A stretch of DNA of 64,000 nt from Alphaproteobacteria bacterium (GTDB lineage: Bacteria > Pseudomonadota > Alphaproteobacteria > UBA828). Location of the stretch: assembly GCA_963422645.2 (NCBI GenBank), contig CAXXVO010000007.1, forward strand, positions 96,001 to 160,000. The letters are read 5' to 3'. The position numbers and the translations under genes are program-made. Shown here piece after piece: positions 29,157-41,881 of the stretch. The number at the start of each line of letters is the position of its first letter. Within the stretch, counting starts at the first letter, position 1. The notes beneath the pieces are model-generated. The model searched no databases. It saw only the letters and a list, made by a program, of their open reading frames with translations, and was not told where the DNA came from.

Positions 29157-30438
29157 CGCGGGCGCGGACTTCGACGCTGCCTTCGACGCCCTGCTCGCGG
29201 CGCGGCGGGGGGTGGCCGAGGACGTCGATCGCGACGCGGCAGCGATCGTGGACGCGGTGCGCGAAGGCGGCGATGCGGCGCTGCTCGACTACACGGCACG
29301 CTTCGATCGCTTGGCGCTCACGCCCGACACCATTCGCCTGTCAGCAGACGAAGCCGCCGCGCAGGCCGCCGCCGCGCCCGAAGCCGTGCGCGACGCGCTA
29401 TTGCAGGCGGCCGCACGGATCGAGGCCTTCCACGCCCGCCTGATGCCGGCCGACCTCGACTACCGCGACGAGGCCGGGGTCAGGCTGGGCGCCCGCTGGC
29501 GCCCGCTGGATGCGGTCGGGCTCTACGTGCCGGGCGGCACCGCCGCCTATCCGAGCACCGTGCTGATGAACGCTGTCCCCGCGCGGGTCGCGGGCGTGCG
29601 GCGCATCGCCATGGTGGTGCCGACACCGGACGGCGCGCTCGATGCGGCGGTGATGGCCGCTGCCGAGATCGTCGGCGTCACCGAGATCTATCGGGTCGGC
29701 GGCGCGCAGGCCGTCGCCGCGCTTGCCTATGGCACCGAGACCATCGCGCCGGTGGACAAGATCGTGGGCCCCGGCAACGCCTATGTCGCCGCCGCCAAGC
29801 GGCTGGTGTTCGGGACCGTCGGCATCGACATGATCGCGGGCCCTTCGGAAATCCTGGTGGTCGCCGACAACGCCAACGAGCCGGAATGGATCGCCGCGGA
29901 CCTGCTCTCCCAGGCCGAGCACGACGGCGACGCGCAGGCGATCCTCATCACCGACGACGGCGCGTTCGCAGACCGGGTGACGGAGGCGGTGGCGGCGCAT
30001 CTGGCGCGGCTTCCGCGCGCGAACATCGCCGCCGCGAGCTGGCGGGATCACGGCGCGGTCATCGTCGTCGGCGCCCTCGACGAGGCACCGCCGCTGATCA
30101 ATCGCCTCGCGCCCGAGCATCTGGAGCTCGCGGTGGCTGAGCCCGCCCGGCTGGCAGAGGATGTGACCAGCGCCGGTGCCATCTTCCTCGGCCGCTACAC
30201 GCCGGAGGCCATCGGCGACTACGTGGCCGGCCCCAACCATGTGCTGCCGACGGCCCGCAGCGCCCGCTTCTCCTCGGGCCTCTCGCCTCTGGACTTTCTC
30301 AAGCGCACGACCTTCGTCGGCTGCGACGCCGCGAGCCTCGCGCAAATCGGCCCGGCGGCCGTGACGCTCGCCGAAGCCGAGGGGCTCCATGCCCACGCGC
30401 TCTCGGTGGCGCTCAGGCTCGGCGGCGGCTCGGAGTGA
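29137..30438 (+). CDS. hisD: Histidinol dehydrogenase
   Basis: [36 protein letters not shown]. Confidence 0.97.
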   Translation: MAHRLDSAGADFDAAFDALLAARRGVAEDVDRDAAAIVDAVREGGDAALLDYTARFDRLALTPDTIRLSADEAAAQAAAAPEAVRDALLQAAARIEAFHARLMPADLDYRDEAGVRLGARWRPLDAVGLYVPGGTAAYPSTVLMNAVPARVAGVRRIAMVVPTPDGALDAAVMAAAEIVGVTEIYRVGGAQAVAALAYGTETIAPVDKIVGPGNAYVAAAKRLVFGTVGIDMIAGPSEILVVADNANEPEWIAADLLSQAEHDGDAQAILITDDGAFADRVTEAVAAHLARLPRANIAAASWRDHGAVIVVGALDEAPPLINRLAPEHLELAVAEPARLAEDVTSAGAIFLGRYTPEAIGDYVAGPNHVLPTARSARFSSGLSPLDFLKRTTFVGCDAASLAQIGPAAVTLAEAEGLHAHALSVALRLGGGSE

Positions 30439-30442
30439 AAGG

Positions 30443-30928
30443 GTGGGTGGGAACCCGGCCGGCACGGACCGGCTGGTGGAGGTCGTGCTGGACCCGAGCG
30501 CCGGCTTTCGGCGGGGCCCGGACTACGAGCACGAGCGACGCATCGCCATCCACGACCTGCTGGAGGAGAGCAGCTTCGCGCCGACCGCAGGATCAGGCGG
30601 ACCCTATCGTCTGCGCATCGGCCGCGAGGAGGGGCGGCTGCTCCTCGATGTCGATGACGACATGGGCGTGCCGCAGGTCCAGGCCGTGCTGCTGCTGGCT
30701 GCGCTGCGCCAGACGCTGCGCGACTACGCGACGATCTGCGACACCTACCACGACGCCATCCGAAGCGCGCCGCGTTCGCGCATCGAGGCCATCGACATGG
30801 GCCGCCGCGCCTGCCACAACGACGGTGCCGAGATCATCCGGCGGGAGCTGGCCGGCACCATCGATTTCGACGAGACGACGGCGCGGCGGCTGTTCACGCT
30901 CGTCCATGCGCTGCATGTCCGGCTCTAG
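30443..30928 (+). CDS. UPF0262 family protein (start approximate)
   Basis: EHERRIAI.DLLE, IEAIDMGRR..HN, TARRLFTL..ALH. Confidence 0.85.
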   Translation: MGGNPAGTDRLVEVVLDPSAGFRRGPDYEHERRIAIHDLLEESSFAPTAGSGGPYRLRIGREEGRLLLDVDDDMGVPQVQAVLLLAALRQTLRDYATICDTYHDAIRSAPRSRIEAIDMGRRACHNDGAEIIRRELAGTIDFDETTARRLFTLVHALHVRL

Positions 30929-30936
30929 CCCCCGCC

Positions 30937-31383
30937 ATGGGCACGCTCCCCGGCAGCATCCTCTTCGCCTGCACCTGGAATTCCGTGCGCTCGCCCATGG
31001 CGGAAGGGCTGATGAAGAGCCTCTTCGGCACCCGGCTCTTCGTCGATTCGGCAGGCGTGCGCAGCGGCGGCGGGCGTGATCCCTTCGCGGTCCTCGTCAT
31101 GGCGGAAATCGGGATCGACATCGGCGGCCACCGGCCCAAGACCTTCGACGAGCTCGAAAGCGACTCATTCGACATGGTGGTCTCGCTCTCGCCGGAAGCG
31201 CAGCACAGGGCGATCGAGCTCACCCGCACCGCCCATTGCGAGATCGAGTTCTGGCACACCCTCGATCCCAGCATCGTCGAGGGCAACCGTGAGACCCGGT
31301 TGTTCGCCTACCGGGAGGTGCGGGACGGGCTCATGGCGAAGCTGCGCGAGCGCTTCGGCACTTCCCGACCGCCGGTGGTCTGA
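30937..31383 (+). CDS. Low-molecular-weight phosphatase / ArsC-like protein
   Basis: LFACTWNSVRSPMAEG P-loop. Confidence 0.85.
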   Translation: MGTLPGSILFACTWNSVRSPMAEGLMKSLFGTRLFVDSAGVRSGGGRDPFAVLVMAEIGIDIGGHRPKTFDELESDSFDMVVSLSPEAQHRAIELTRTAHCEIEFWHTLDPSIVEGNRETRLFAYREVRDGLMAKLRERFGTSRPPVV

Positions 31384-31385
31384 GC

Positions 31386-32000
31386 GTGCCCCCTGCCCTG
31401 CCAGCGGCTCGCCCGCCCCTGGTGCTCGCCTCGGCGTCGCCCCGCCGCCGCGTGCTGCTGGAGCAGATCGGCTACGCGCCGGACGCCGTGGAGCCTGCGG
31501 CTCTCGACGAGGCCGTGCTCCCGGGCGAGCGGCCGGAGGCGCACGCGGCCCGGCTCGCCCACGAGAAAGCCGCATCCGTCGCGGCGCGCCATCCGGGAGC
31601 CTTCGTCCTCGGCGCCGATACGGTGGTGGCATGCGGCCTGCGCATCCTGGACAAGGCGGAGACCGAGGAGAGCGCACGGCGCTGCCTCTCGCTCCTCTCG
31701 GGCCGGCGTCACAGGGTCTTTGGCGGGGTCACCGTGATCGACCCAACGGGCCGGGCCGTGAGCCGCCTGGTGCGCACCGCCGTGGCCTTCAAGCGGCTCT
31801 CGGCGGAGGAAATGGAGGACTATCTCGCCGGCGCCGAGTGGCAGGGGAAGGCCGGCGGCTACGCAATCCAGGGGCGGGCGGCGGCCTTCGTTCGCTTCGT
31901 GGGTGGCTCCTATTCCAACGTGGTGGGGCTGCCGCTGCACGAGACCTATGGGCTGCTGGTCGGCCTCGGCTTGCCGCCCCGGCCTACCGGCCCCATGTGA
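31386..32000 (+). CDS. maf: Maf-family nucleotide pyrophosphatase
   Basis: LVLASASPRR, GADTVV, KAGGYAIQG, SNVVGLPL. Confidence 0.93.
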   Translation: MPPALPAARPPLVLASASPRRRVLLEQIGYAPDAVEPAALDEAVLPGERPEAHAARLAHEKAASVAARHPGAFVLGADTVVACGLRILDKAETEESARRCLSLLSGRRHRVFGGVTVIDPTGRAVSRLVRTAVAFKRLSAEEMEDYLAGAEWQGKAGGYAIQGRAAAFVRFVGGSYSNVVGLPLHETYGLLVGLGLPPRPTGPM

Positions 32001-32008
32001 TCGAGGCG

Positions 32009-33421
32009 ATGGGCGACGAGCTACTCATCACCGCGAGCCCCTATGGCATGCAGGCGGCGGCGGTCGCGGGCGGCAAACCCGTCGCGTTCTTCATCGAGTG
32101 GTCCGCGAACCCGAGCCGCATCGGCGATCTGCACGTGGCGCGACCGCTCGGCCGGATGTCAGACATCGACGCCTGCATCGTCGATATCGGCGAGGGCGAG
32201 GAGGCCTTCCTGCAAGGCGCACGGATCCTCCACGCCGACGGCGCGGCGCCGATCGTGCAGGTGGTCTGCGACGCCTACGAAGGCAAGCGCGCGCGGGTCA
32301 CGCGCAAGCCGGCGCTGGCCGGCCGCTACGCCGTCTTCCGCCCCGGCGGGCGCGGGCTCAGCTACTCGCGCCGTCTGCGCGATCCGCAGGTCAAGTGTGC
32401 GCTGGGCGCGGCGCTGGATCAGGCCGGGGCGCCCGGCGGCGCGCTGACGATCAGGAGCGCCGCTGCCGCTAACCCGGACGCGGTGCCGGCCTCCGCCACC
32501 ACGTTGGCCGCGCGCTGGCAGGAGATCGAGGCCGCGGCGCGGCGTGACCGGACGCCCCGGCGCCTCTGGCACGCGGGCGGGCTGCTGGGCCGTCTGCTGC
32601 GCGACGTGGCGGCGCCGGGAACCGCGTGCATCGCCATCGACGACCGCGCGGCGCTCGAGCGGGCCAGGGCGCTAGCGGGAAGCGAAGCGCCGGACCTCGC
32701 ACCGGTGCTCTCGTTGGCCAGCGTGGACCCATCGGAGACCGCGCCCCTCTTCGAGCGGCACGATTGCGCCGGCCGGCTACAGGCGGCGCTGGAGCCGGAG
32801 GTCGTGCTTCCCAGCGGCGCCCGGCTCACGATCGAGGAGACCCGCGCGCTCTGCGCGATCGACGTCGACACGAGCCAGGCCGCCGGGGCCGCCGCAGAGA
32901 CCGCCGAGGCCGCGGGCCGCGAGATCGTCTTGCGCAACCTGAGCGGGCTGATCGCGATCGACTTCGCTGGCCGCGGCGGTGCCCGACGGCGAGAGGCGCA
33001 GATTGGGGCGCTGAAACGCGCGCTCGCGGCCGATCGGACTCCCCACCGCGTGCTCGGGGTCACTGCCGGCGGGGTGGTGGAGGTCAACCGCCAGCGTCTC
33101 GGCCCGAGCCTGCGTCAGGCGCTCACCGAGCCGGCCGCCGGCGCCTTCGGCGGCCGCAGGCTGCGGCTGGAGGCGGCGGCGCACGAGGCGGCCGACGCCG
33201 CCCGGCGCGAGGCGGCGAGCGGCGCGCGCGCTCTCACGCTCCGTGCCGCACCGGCGCTGCTGGACGCGCTCGCCCGGCCCGGCGAGGACGCGCTGGCACG
33301 CTGGCTCGGGATCCCGGTCACGCTTGTCTCCAACCCGGCGGAACCGCACGGCCGTTTCATGCTAGAGCGGGGCGGCGTGCCGGCCGCCGCAAGCCACAGA
33401 GGCAGATGCTCGACCCGCTGA
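32009..33421 (+). CDS. Ribonuclease E/G family protein
   Basis: LPSGARLTIEETRAL.AIDVDT, LRNLSGLI.IDF; follows maf as is usual. Confidence 0.8.
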   Translation: MGDELLITASPYGMQAAAVAGGKPVAFFIEWSANPSRIGDLHVARPLGRMSDIDACIVDIGEGEEAFLQGARILHADGAAPIVQVVCDAYEGKRARVTRKPALAGRYAVFRPGGRGLSYSRRLRDPQVKCALGAALDQAGAPGGALTIRSAAAANPDAVPASATTLAARWQEIEAAARRDRTPRRLWHAGGLLGRLLRDVAAPGTACIAIDDRAALERARALAGSEAPDLAPVLSLASVDPSETAPLFERHDCAGRLQAALEPEVVLPSGARLTIEETRALCAIDVDTSQAAGAAAETAEAAGREIVLRNLSGLIAIDFAGRGGARRREAQIGALKRALAADRTPHRVLGVTAGGVVEVNRQRLGPSLRQALTEPAAGAFGGRRLRLEAAAHEAADAARREAASGARALTLRAAPALLDALARPGEDALARWLGIPVTLVSNPAEPHGRFMLERGGVPAAASHRGRCSTR

Positions 33422-34371
33422 CCCATATCCAGCTCGTCGGCGGGTTCATTCTGCTCTTCGTGGGCGGTGAGGCGCTGGTGCGGGGCTCGGTCTCGCTTGC
33501 CCGGCGGCTGCACGTCTCGCCGCTGCTCATCGGGGCCACGGTCGTGGCCTTCGGCACCTCGATGCCGGAGCTGGTGGTCACCCTGCAGGCCGCGCTCAGG
33601 GGCTCGCCGGGCATCGCCTTCGGCAATGTGATCGGCAGCAACATTGCCAACCTGCTTCTCATCTTCGGCCTCGCCGTCGCGATCACGCCGGTCATGGTCT
33701 CGCGGCAGGCGGCGGCGCGGGACGGCGCGACGCTGATCGGGGCCACGGCGCTGCTCGTCGTCTTCGTCTCGTTCGGCACGGTCGTCGCCTGGCAGGGCGC
33801 GCTGATGCTGGTCGTGCTCGGCGTGCTCACCGCCGCCTCCTACTGGCACGAGCGCCGGCTCGTCGGCGCGGCGGGCAGCCGCCACGGCCAGGAGGCCGAG
33901 GAACGCCAGCATCTGCCGAAATCGATCTGGCTTGCCGTGCTCGCCGCGTTACTCGGGCTCGCCGGCGTCAGCATCGGCGCCCATCTGATGGTCGGCGCCG
34001 CCACGATTATCGCGCGCGGCCTCGGGATCACCGAGACCGTGATCGGCATCACCGTGGTAGCGGTCGGCACCTCGCTGCCCGAGCTCGCGACTACCGTGGT
34101 CGCGGCCTACCGCAAGCACGCCGAGGTCGCGATCGGCAACGTGCTCGGCTCCAGCGTGTTCAACATCCTGGCGATCCTGGGCGTCGTGACCGTGGTGACG
34201 CCGCTGCCGGTGCCCGAAGAGATCATGCACCTCGACATCTGGGTGCTGGCGGGGGTCACGGGCTTGGTGATGGCGGCGATGCTCTCGGGCATCCGGCTGG
34301 GACGGCCCATCGGTGTGCTCCTGCTGCTTGGCTACGCCGCATTTACGGCGGTGCAATATCTCGCAGTTTGA
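33406..34371 (+). CDS. Calcium/sodium antiporter (YrbG family)
   Basis: Two alpha repeats: GTSMPEL..GNVIGSNI and GTSLPEL..GNVLGSSV. Confidence 0.92.
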   Translation: MLDPLTHIQLVGGFILLFVGGEALVRGSVSLARRLHVSPLLIGATVVAFGTSMPELVVTLQAALRGSPGIAFGNVIGSNIANLLLIFGLAVAITPVMVSRQAAARDGATLIGATALLVVFVSFGTVVAWQGALMLVVLGVLTAASYWHERRLVGAAGSRHGQEAEERQHLPKSIWLAVLAALLGLAGVSIGAHLMVGAATIIARGLGITETVIGITVVAVGTSLPELATTVVAAYRKHAEVAIGNVLGSSVFNILAILGVVTVVTPLPVPEEIMHLDIWVLAGVTGLVMAAMLSGIRLGRPIGVLLLLGYAAFTAVQYLAV

Positions 34372-34447
34372 CGGTATCCATGACCGCTGCCGCCGCGTAG
34401 ACAGCCGCCGCCCCGTGTCCTATACACACGCGCACATGCCGGCCTAA

Positions 34448-34520
<73 letters not shown>

Positions 34521-34573
34521 CCGGCGCTGCCTGCCCACGGCGGCGGGCAGCGCGGACGAGGTAGGGACGGACG

Positions 34574-36268
<1,695 letters not shown>

Positions 36269-36307
36269 GGCGCTGCCCCGCGCCCGGTCGCAACGACGGA
36301 GGGCCCC

Positions 36308-36712
36308 ATGGCCAAGTTCACCCACATCAATCCGGACAACGTGCCGGACTATCTGACCTACGGCCTCAGCCACGCGGTGGTGGCCGAGGGCGGCAAGACC
36401 GTCTATCTCTCGGGCCAGGTCGGCTGGAACGCGAAGAGCGAGTCGGTGGGGCCGGACCTCGCGGCCCAGCTCGCGCAGGCGCACGAGAATATCCGCCGCG
36501 TGCTCGCCGAAGCCGGCGGGACGGTGGCCGACATCGTCCGCCTCAACACCTACGTCGCGAACTACCGTTTCGAGGAGGGCGAGGTGGTGAACGCCGCCAA
36601 CAGGAAGCTCTTCGAGGGCCTGACGCCGCCCTCGATGACGCTGATGGGCGTCCAGGCCCTCTATTCGCCCGATGTCCGCTGCGAGGTGGAGGCGACCGCA
36701 GTCATCGGCTGA
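36308..36712 (+). CDS. RidA/YjgF family protein
   Basis: VYLSGQV, ENI..VL.EAG, EVEATAV. Confidence 0.85.
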   Translation: MAKFTHINPDNVPDYLTYGLSHAVVAEGGKTVYLSGQVGWNAKSESVGPDLAAQLAQAHENIRRVLAEAGGTVADIVRLNTYVANYRFEEGEVVNAANRKLFEGLTPPSMTLMGVQALYSPDVRCEVEATAVIG

Positions 36713-36817
36713 GGCCCCGGACCATGGTGCGATGCACAGCACGCGGCGCGTGCGCCATCATCGCGCCATGAAGGACGAGAGCGAGCGCCTAGCCGCGGGC
36801 GGAGACAAGATAGGCGA

Positions 36818-36924
36818 CCCCTCCTCACCCCGGCCCTCTCCTCCCCAGGGAGGAGAGGGAGAATATGCCGGTGCCGTCTACGTTCCCCCTCCGCTTTCGG
36901 GGGAGGGGGACAGGGGGAGGTGGG
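36818..36924. repeat. Pair of REP-like palindromic units between convergent genes
   Basis: CCTCACCCCGGCCCTCTCCTCCCCAGGGAGGAGAGGG plus an inverted degenerate unit, typical of alphaproteobacterial intergenic palindromes. Confidence 0.55.
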
Positions 36925-37079
36925 GAATTTCGTGTGCAGCCTCGCCACCGTCGTCGACGCCGGCCGTCGTCTGCCCGCGGAATTTCATCCCTCCTGTCCT
37001 GCTCAATCCCGGCGAATCCCGGCAATAATTTTGAATAGCCGTCCCGTGTGCCCGCGCGGCGCTGGCCGTGACTGCGGCG

Positions 37080-37117
37080 AAAAAAGGGGCGCCGCCCGAG
37101 TTGGGAGACGCCCCCTT
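37080..37117 (-). terminator. Rho-independent terminator of the amidase gene
   Basis: GGGGCGTCTCCC-AACTC-GGGCGGCGCCCC stem followed by a T-run on the minus strand. Confidence 0.65.
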
Positions 37118-37155
37118 GAGAATCGCGGCCGGCGGGGCCGGCAGCCCGGTACGGG

Positions 37156-38691
37156 CTATACGGTCGACACCGTGTAGACGCCCAGGCTCTCGAAGGCGCC
37201 GGCGGCCTGGATCACGGTCGCGTCGTCGTAGCGCTTGCCGATCAGCATCAAGCCGATGGGCGAATCGTCGGCCTTGCCGCAGGGCACCGTCATGGCCGGG
37301 TGCCCCGAGGCGTCGAAGGGGCTGGTGTTGGCCAGCATGTTCAACGCGGTATCGACATATTCCTCGCGCGAGCAGTCCGGCTCCGGCAGCTTGGTCGCGA
37401 GCATGGGCAACGTCGGCATCGCCAGCACGTCGTACTCCGCCAGCGAGGCGTCGTAGGTCTCGCGCAGCCTGCGGCTCAAGTTCTGCGCCTTGGCGTAGTA
37501 GCGGCCGTGGTAGTTCTTGTGCATGTACTCGCCGAGCATCATGACCATCTTCACGGTCTCGGAGAGATCGTCCGGCCGCGAGCGCCAACCGCGCGCATAG
37601 GCGTCGATCAGGGAGGTGACGTAGTAGCCTTCCCAATTGGTGCCGAAGCCGTTGCCCTTCAGCATGAGCGCGGTCGCGCCCTCGACCGCGATGCCGTTCC
37701 AGATGTGCTGCCCGTCCAGGTGCATGGGGATCGAAATCTCGTCGACGGTAGCGCCGAGCTCCGTGAAGCGCTGGACTGTGTCGCGCACGCAGCTGTCCAC
37801 GGCGTCCTCGCTCTCGGGATGGCCGAAGCCTTCCTTCACGACGCCGATCTTCATGCCGTCGGCGCCCTTGTCCACGGCGCTCGTGTAGCGCTGGGTCTTG
37901 GTGCCGATCTGGCGCGGGTCCTGCCCGTCCGGGCCGGCGATGACCTGGAGCAGGGCCGCCACGTCGCTCACCGAGCGTGCCATCGGGCCGGTGTGGTCGA
38001 GGGTCTGCTCGATGGGGAAGATTCCGGTGTAGGGAACCAGCCCGTGCGTGGGCTTGTGCCCGTAGATGCCGCTCCAGCAGGCCGGCATGCGGATCGAGCC
38101 GCCCTGGTCGCCGCCCAGCGCCATGTCGGCCTCGCCAGTGAGCACCAGCACGCCGCTGCCGGCGGACGAGCCGCCGCAGGTGTAGCCCCTCTTGTGCGGG
38201 TTATCGACCATGCCGGTGGCGGTGGTGGCGCTGCCGCCGTCGAAGCAGAGGTAGGTGTTGGCGGCCTTGCCGACGATGGTGCCGCCGGCATCGAGGATCC
38301 GGGTCACCACGGTCGCGTCGACGTCGGGCACGTAGCCCTCGAGCACCGTCGCCCCGTTCATCATGGGCACGCCGGTGAGGCAGATATTGTCCTTGAGCGC
38401 GACCTTCTTGCCCCTGAGCGGCCCTCTGCCCGCGCCCTTGACCTCGGACTTCCAATACCAGGCGTTGTAGGGGTTTTCTTCCGGCGGCGGCCGGTAGCCG
38501 GGACTGCGCGGGTACTTGACGGGGAGCTTCGGCTCGTCGAGATCGTCGAGCCGGTGGTAGGAGGCGATCGTGCCCGCCATGAGGCCGCGGAACGATTCCG
38601 CATCCTCGACTGTGATCGTCATGCCGTAGCCCTCGGCGATGTCGAGGACCTCCTCGATCGTCGGTGTGCGTACCGTCGGAAACTTGGCCAT
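37156..38691 (-). CDS. Amidase signature family enzyme
   Basis: ALKDN, GGSSAGS, GGDQGGSIRMPA (Ser-cisSer-Lys triad). Confidence 0.92.
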   Translation of the reverse strand: MAKFPTVRTPTIEEVLDIAEGYGMTITVEDAESFRGLMAGTIASYHRLDDLDEPKLPVKYPRSPGYRPPPEENPYNAWYWKSEVKGAGRGPLRGKKVALKDNICLTGVPMMNGATVLEGYVPDVDATVVTRILDAGGTIVGKAANTYLCFDGGSATTATGMVDNPHKRGYTCGGSSAGSGVLVLTGEADMALGGDQGGSIRMPACWSGIYGHKPTHGLVPYTGIFPIEQTLDHTGPMARSVSDVAALLQVIAGPDGQDPRQIGTKTQRYTSAVDKGADGMKIGVVKEGFGHPESEDAVDSCVRDTVQRFTELGATVDEISIPMHLDGQHIWNGIAVEGATALMLKGNGFGTNWEGYYVTSLIDAYARGWRSRPDDLSETVKMVMMLGEYMHKNYHGRYYAKAQNLSRRLRETYDASLAEYDVLAMPTLPMLATKLPEPDCSREEYVDTALNMLANTSPFDASGHPAMTVPCGKADDSPIGLMLIGKRYDDATVIQAAGAFESLGVYTVSTV

Positions 38692-38899
38692 CGATTTTCC
38701 CTCCCTTCGTTGCCGCGCCGACGGCGAGCGCCGCCGTCCCTGCCGGAGCGCCACATATACCGAAGGCACGCGCGCCGGAACAGAGTTGCTGGGCTCGCGC
38801 GCAGCCGGCGCGGGCCGGTGGCTGCCAGGGCGCGCTTGCCAGGCGCTCTGTTGCACCGCACAATCCGCCGCTCTCAACACCGAAGGAGGAAATTCGATC

Positions 38900-39364
38900 A
38901 TGGTGCACACGGCCGACGCGGCCCCGGGCGACGCCCAATTCGGTTATTTCTTCGAGGACCTGAAGATTGGCATGAGCGCGGAATACGGGCGCATTATCAA
39001 CGACGAGGAGATGCGGCTCTTCGCCGATCTGACGGGCGACACCAATCCGCTCCACTTCGACGACGACTTCGCCGAGCAGTCGCGCTTCGGCGGCCGGATC
39101 GTCCACGGCATGTGCACCGCAGCATTGATCTCCACGGTCATCGGCACCCGGATGCCGGGGCCGGGCTGCATCTACTTGTCGCAGTCTCTCCGCTTCACCG
39201 CACCGGTCAGGCCCGGCGACGAGGTGGTGGCTCGGGCCGTGGTGGACCGCCTGATCCCGGAGCGCCAGCGCGTCGAGTTCGAGACCACGTGCTCCGTGGG
39301 CGAGCAGACCGTGCTTTCCGGCCGCGCACTCGCTCAGGTTCCCTCCCGGGGAGGCCCCGCGTAG
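38900..39364 (+). CDS. MaoC-family (R)-enoyl-CoA hydratase
   Basis: FADLTGDTNPLH, IVHGM, PGPG.IYLSQ.L.F.APV; GGAGG RBS. Confidence 0.9.
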   Translation: MVHTADAAPGDAQFGYFFEDLKIGMSAEYGRIINDEEMRLFADLTGDTNPLHFDDDFAEQSRFGGRIVHGMCTAALISTVIGTRMPGPGCIYLSQSLRFTAPVRPGDEVVARAVVDRLIPERQRVEFETTCSVGEQTVLSGRALAQVPSRGGPA

Positions 39365-39738
39365 CCGCCGGAGCAGCCCACCTACTCCTGCTCTACCCGG
39401 CCTTGTGGCGGCGCGCCCCTCTCACCATCTCAGGTTGAGAGGACAATAGAAGGGCACGGCAGATGACGGCACGGCGGCAATCACAAGAGATGCCTGGACG
39501 GCGTCCGCCGACTGCCGTGTTCGTTCAGGCTATCCCTGGCGGGCCCGCGCCCACACAAAGCCGAGCAAATGGCGAAAACAGGGGACATTGAGCGCGCGCG
39601 GTCTTTCAGCGGGGATCGGGGCCTGATCCGCTCGGATTTGTTGAGGTTTTGGGGCGGGTGCCCCTCGGCGAACTTGCAAGAAGTTCGCCGGGGGGCTTTG
39701 TCTCGTGGTGACGGTCACAATCGCCAGAGACGGCCCCA

Positions 39739-40356
39739 ATGTCGCACAACATTTTCCGCCACTCCATGCTTTGCAACGCCCTGGTCTGGGCCTGGCTGCG
39801 CGAGGTCGATGAGGCCGAGGCGGCGCGCTGCCGCGAGGCGGGCTGCCGACACTGCCCCGGCAAGCTGCACAGCGCGACGTATCCGCGCAAGCCGTACGGT
39901 CTGGCAGCCGAGTTGAGGGAAGAGGGCACGCGGCGGTTCAGCTTCTGCTGCGCGGATTGCCGCCTGCGAGCGACCCCACCATCGGTACGATTCTTCGGGC
40001 GCCGCTTTTATCTGGGCGCCCTGTTCGTTCTGTTGAGTGCACTGGTTCTGAGAGGCGGGGTGCGGTTGCAGACGATCAAGCGGAAGTGGGGGGTCTCGGT
40101 CGCCACACTGCGCCGCTGGCGGAAGTGGTGGCTGGAGGCGTTCCCGGCGACGGAGCCCTGGGGAGCGAAGCGTGGCGAACTGGTGATGCCACCCGAGGAG
40201 GTGCCGCTGCTCTTCGTGCTGCGGCAGATGCGGGGCGGACGCTTCGGTGAGCGTCTGTTCCTGAGCCTGATCTGGTTCAAGCCGTGGACGGGCTATTGCG
40301 GGCTCGGCGATGGCTCGGCGCCGCCCGCAGAAAGTGTTCCTGTCACGCCCGGATAG
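39739..40356 (+). CDS. Transposon accessory Zn-ribbon/HTH protein
   Basis: CRHC...CCADC and GVSVATLRRWRKWW HTH-like motif; first gene of the element. Confidence 0.7.
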   Translation: MSHNIFRHSMLCNALVWAWLREVDEAEAARCREAGCRHCPGKLHSATYPRKPYGLAAELREEGTRRFSFCCADCRLRATPPSVRFFGRRFYLGALFVLLSALVLRGGVRLQTIKRKWGVSVATLRRWRKWWLEAFPATEPWGAKRGELVMPPEEVPLLFVLRQMRGGRFGERLFLSLIWFKPWTGYCGLGDGSAPPAESVPVTPG

Positions 40357-40405
40357 GGCGTTCTACATGGGCATCTCTCCGATGCGGCGAGGGAGGGATG
40401 CCGGA

Positions 40406-41881
40406 ATGGACAAGGACGACGCAGGCGCCAGGCGCGAGAAGTGGGCCCGGCTGCGCTTTGCGGTGGTGGGGCCGCTTCTGGCTTCACCGCCGCCTGCAGG
40501 CCAGCTGGGGGCCGAGTTCGAGCGTCTGTCGCAGCGCGACTGGGAGCACCCGTCGGGCAAGGGGCCGGTGCGCTTTGCGGCCTCGACGATCGAGCGCTGG
40601 TACTACCGGGCGCGGGCAGAGGAGCAGGACCCGGTCAAGGCGCTGCGCCGGAAGCCTCGGACCGACGTCGGCCGCGAGCGGTCCATGTCGGCGGGGCTGA
40701 TCGCGGCGCTGCGCGAGCAGTACCGGGTCCATCCCTCGTGGGCGGCGCAGCTCCACTACGAGACCCTCAAGGCTCATGTTGCGACCCATCCCGAGCTCGG
40801 CCCGATGCCGTCCTACGCGACGCTGACGCGGGCGATGCGCAATCGCGGCCTGGTGCGCGAGCGCCCCAGGAAGTGGCACGAGGGTGAGGACAAGCCGGCG
40901 GTCGAAGCCCGCGAGGTCCTTAGCTACGAGGTGTCTCGCAGTCACGCGCTGTGGCACGGGGACTTCCACCACGGCAAGCGCCGCGTGCTGACGGCGTCGG
41001 GCGAATGGCAGACGCCCATCCTGCTCGGCTTCCTCGACGACCACTCCAGGCTTGGCTGCCACCTGCAGTGGTACCTGGAGGAGACCGCCGAGGTCTTCGT
41101 CCACGGGCTCTGTCAGGCCTTCATGAAGAGGGACTTGCCCAGGTCCCTGCTGACCGACAACGGCGGGCCGATGACGGCGGGCGAGGTCGAGGAGGGCTTG
41201 CACCGCCTCGGCATCGTGGGGGCCACGACACTCGCTTACAGCCCCCATCAAAATGGAAAAATCGAGTCGTTCTGGGGCACGGTCGAGGGCCGCCTGATGG
41301 CTCAGCTCGAAGGCGTCGACGCGCTCACCCTGAAGATGCTCAACGACGCCACCATAGCCTGGCTGGAGCAGGACTACCATCGGCGGGTGCACCGCGAGCT
41401 CGGCATGACGCCGCATGAACGCCTCGCCGGGAGCGTCAAGGCATCGAGGCCCTGCCCCGCCTCGGACGAGCTCAAGGCGGCCTTCCGCATCGCCAGGAAG
41501 CGCACGCTCAGGCGCTCGGACGGCACCGTCTCGGTCGAGGGCATCCGCTACCAGGTGCCACAGCCGTGGCGCCACCTGAGGACGCTCTGGGTCCGCTATG
41601 CGCGCTGGGACCTCAGCGGCGTCGATCTGGTGGAAGGCCGAAGCGGCGAGCGGCTGTGCACGCTGTACCCCCTCGACAAGCGCGGCAACGCCGATGGCGT
41701 CCGCCGTCCTGCGAGACCCGGCAGCGACCATGGCGGCGCCAGCGCGGGCGTCGGCGAACTTCCGCCGCTGCTCAAGGGCGTGCTCGACGCCCAGGCCGCA
41801 ACAGGCCTGCCGCCGGCCTGGGTACCCCATAACAAGACGCCCGGTCCGGGCGAGGACGACGATCAGGGAGATCCGTCATGA
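40406..41881 (+). CDS. DDE (rve) transposase with Mu-transposase-like C-terminal domain
   Basis: LWHGDFH, LLTDNG and GKIESFW (D-D-E); DGTVSVEGIRYQV C-terminal barrel. Confidence 0.9.
   Translation: MDKDDAGARREKWARLRFAVVGPLLASPPPAGQLGAEFERLSQRDWEHPSGKGPVRFAASTIERWYYRARAEEQDPVKALRRKPRTDVGRERSMSAGLIAALREQYRVHPSWAAQLHYETLKAHVATHPELGPMPSYATLTRAMRNRGLVRERPRKWHEGEDKPAVEAREVLSYEVSRSHALWHGDFHHGKRRVLTASGEWQTPILLGFLDDHSRLGCHLQWYLEETAEVFVHGLCQAFMKRDLPRSLLTDNGGPMTAGEVEEGLHRLGIVGATTLAYSPHQNGKIESFWGTVEGRLMAQLEGVDALTLKMLNDATIAWLEQDYHRRVHRELGMTPHERLAGSVKASRPCPASDELKAAFRIARKRTLRRSDGTVSVEGIRYQVPQPWRHLRTLWVRYARWDLSGVDLVEGRSGERLCTLYPLDKRGNADGVRRPARPGSDHGGASAGVGELPPLLKGVLDAQAATGLPPAWVPHNKTPGPGEDDDQGDPS

Noticed and set aside
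31076-33421. 781-aa ORF and similar long N-terminal extensions (4309, 17581, 32626, 41598, 59779)
   Set aside because: The extensions overlap well-supported upstream genes or regulatory DNA; internal starts with coupling or an RBS fit better.
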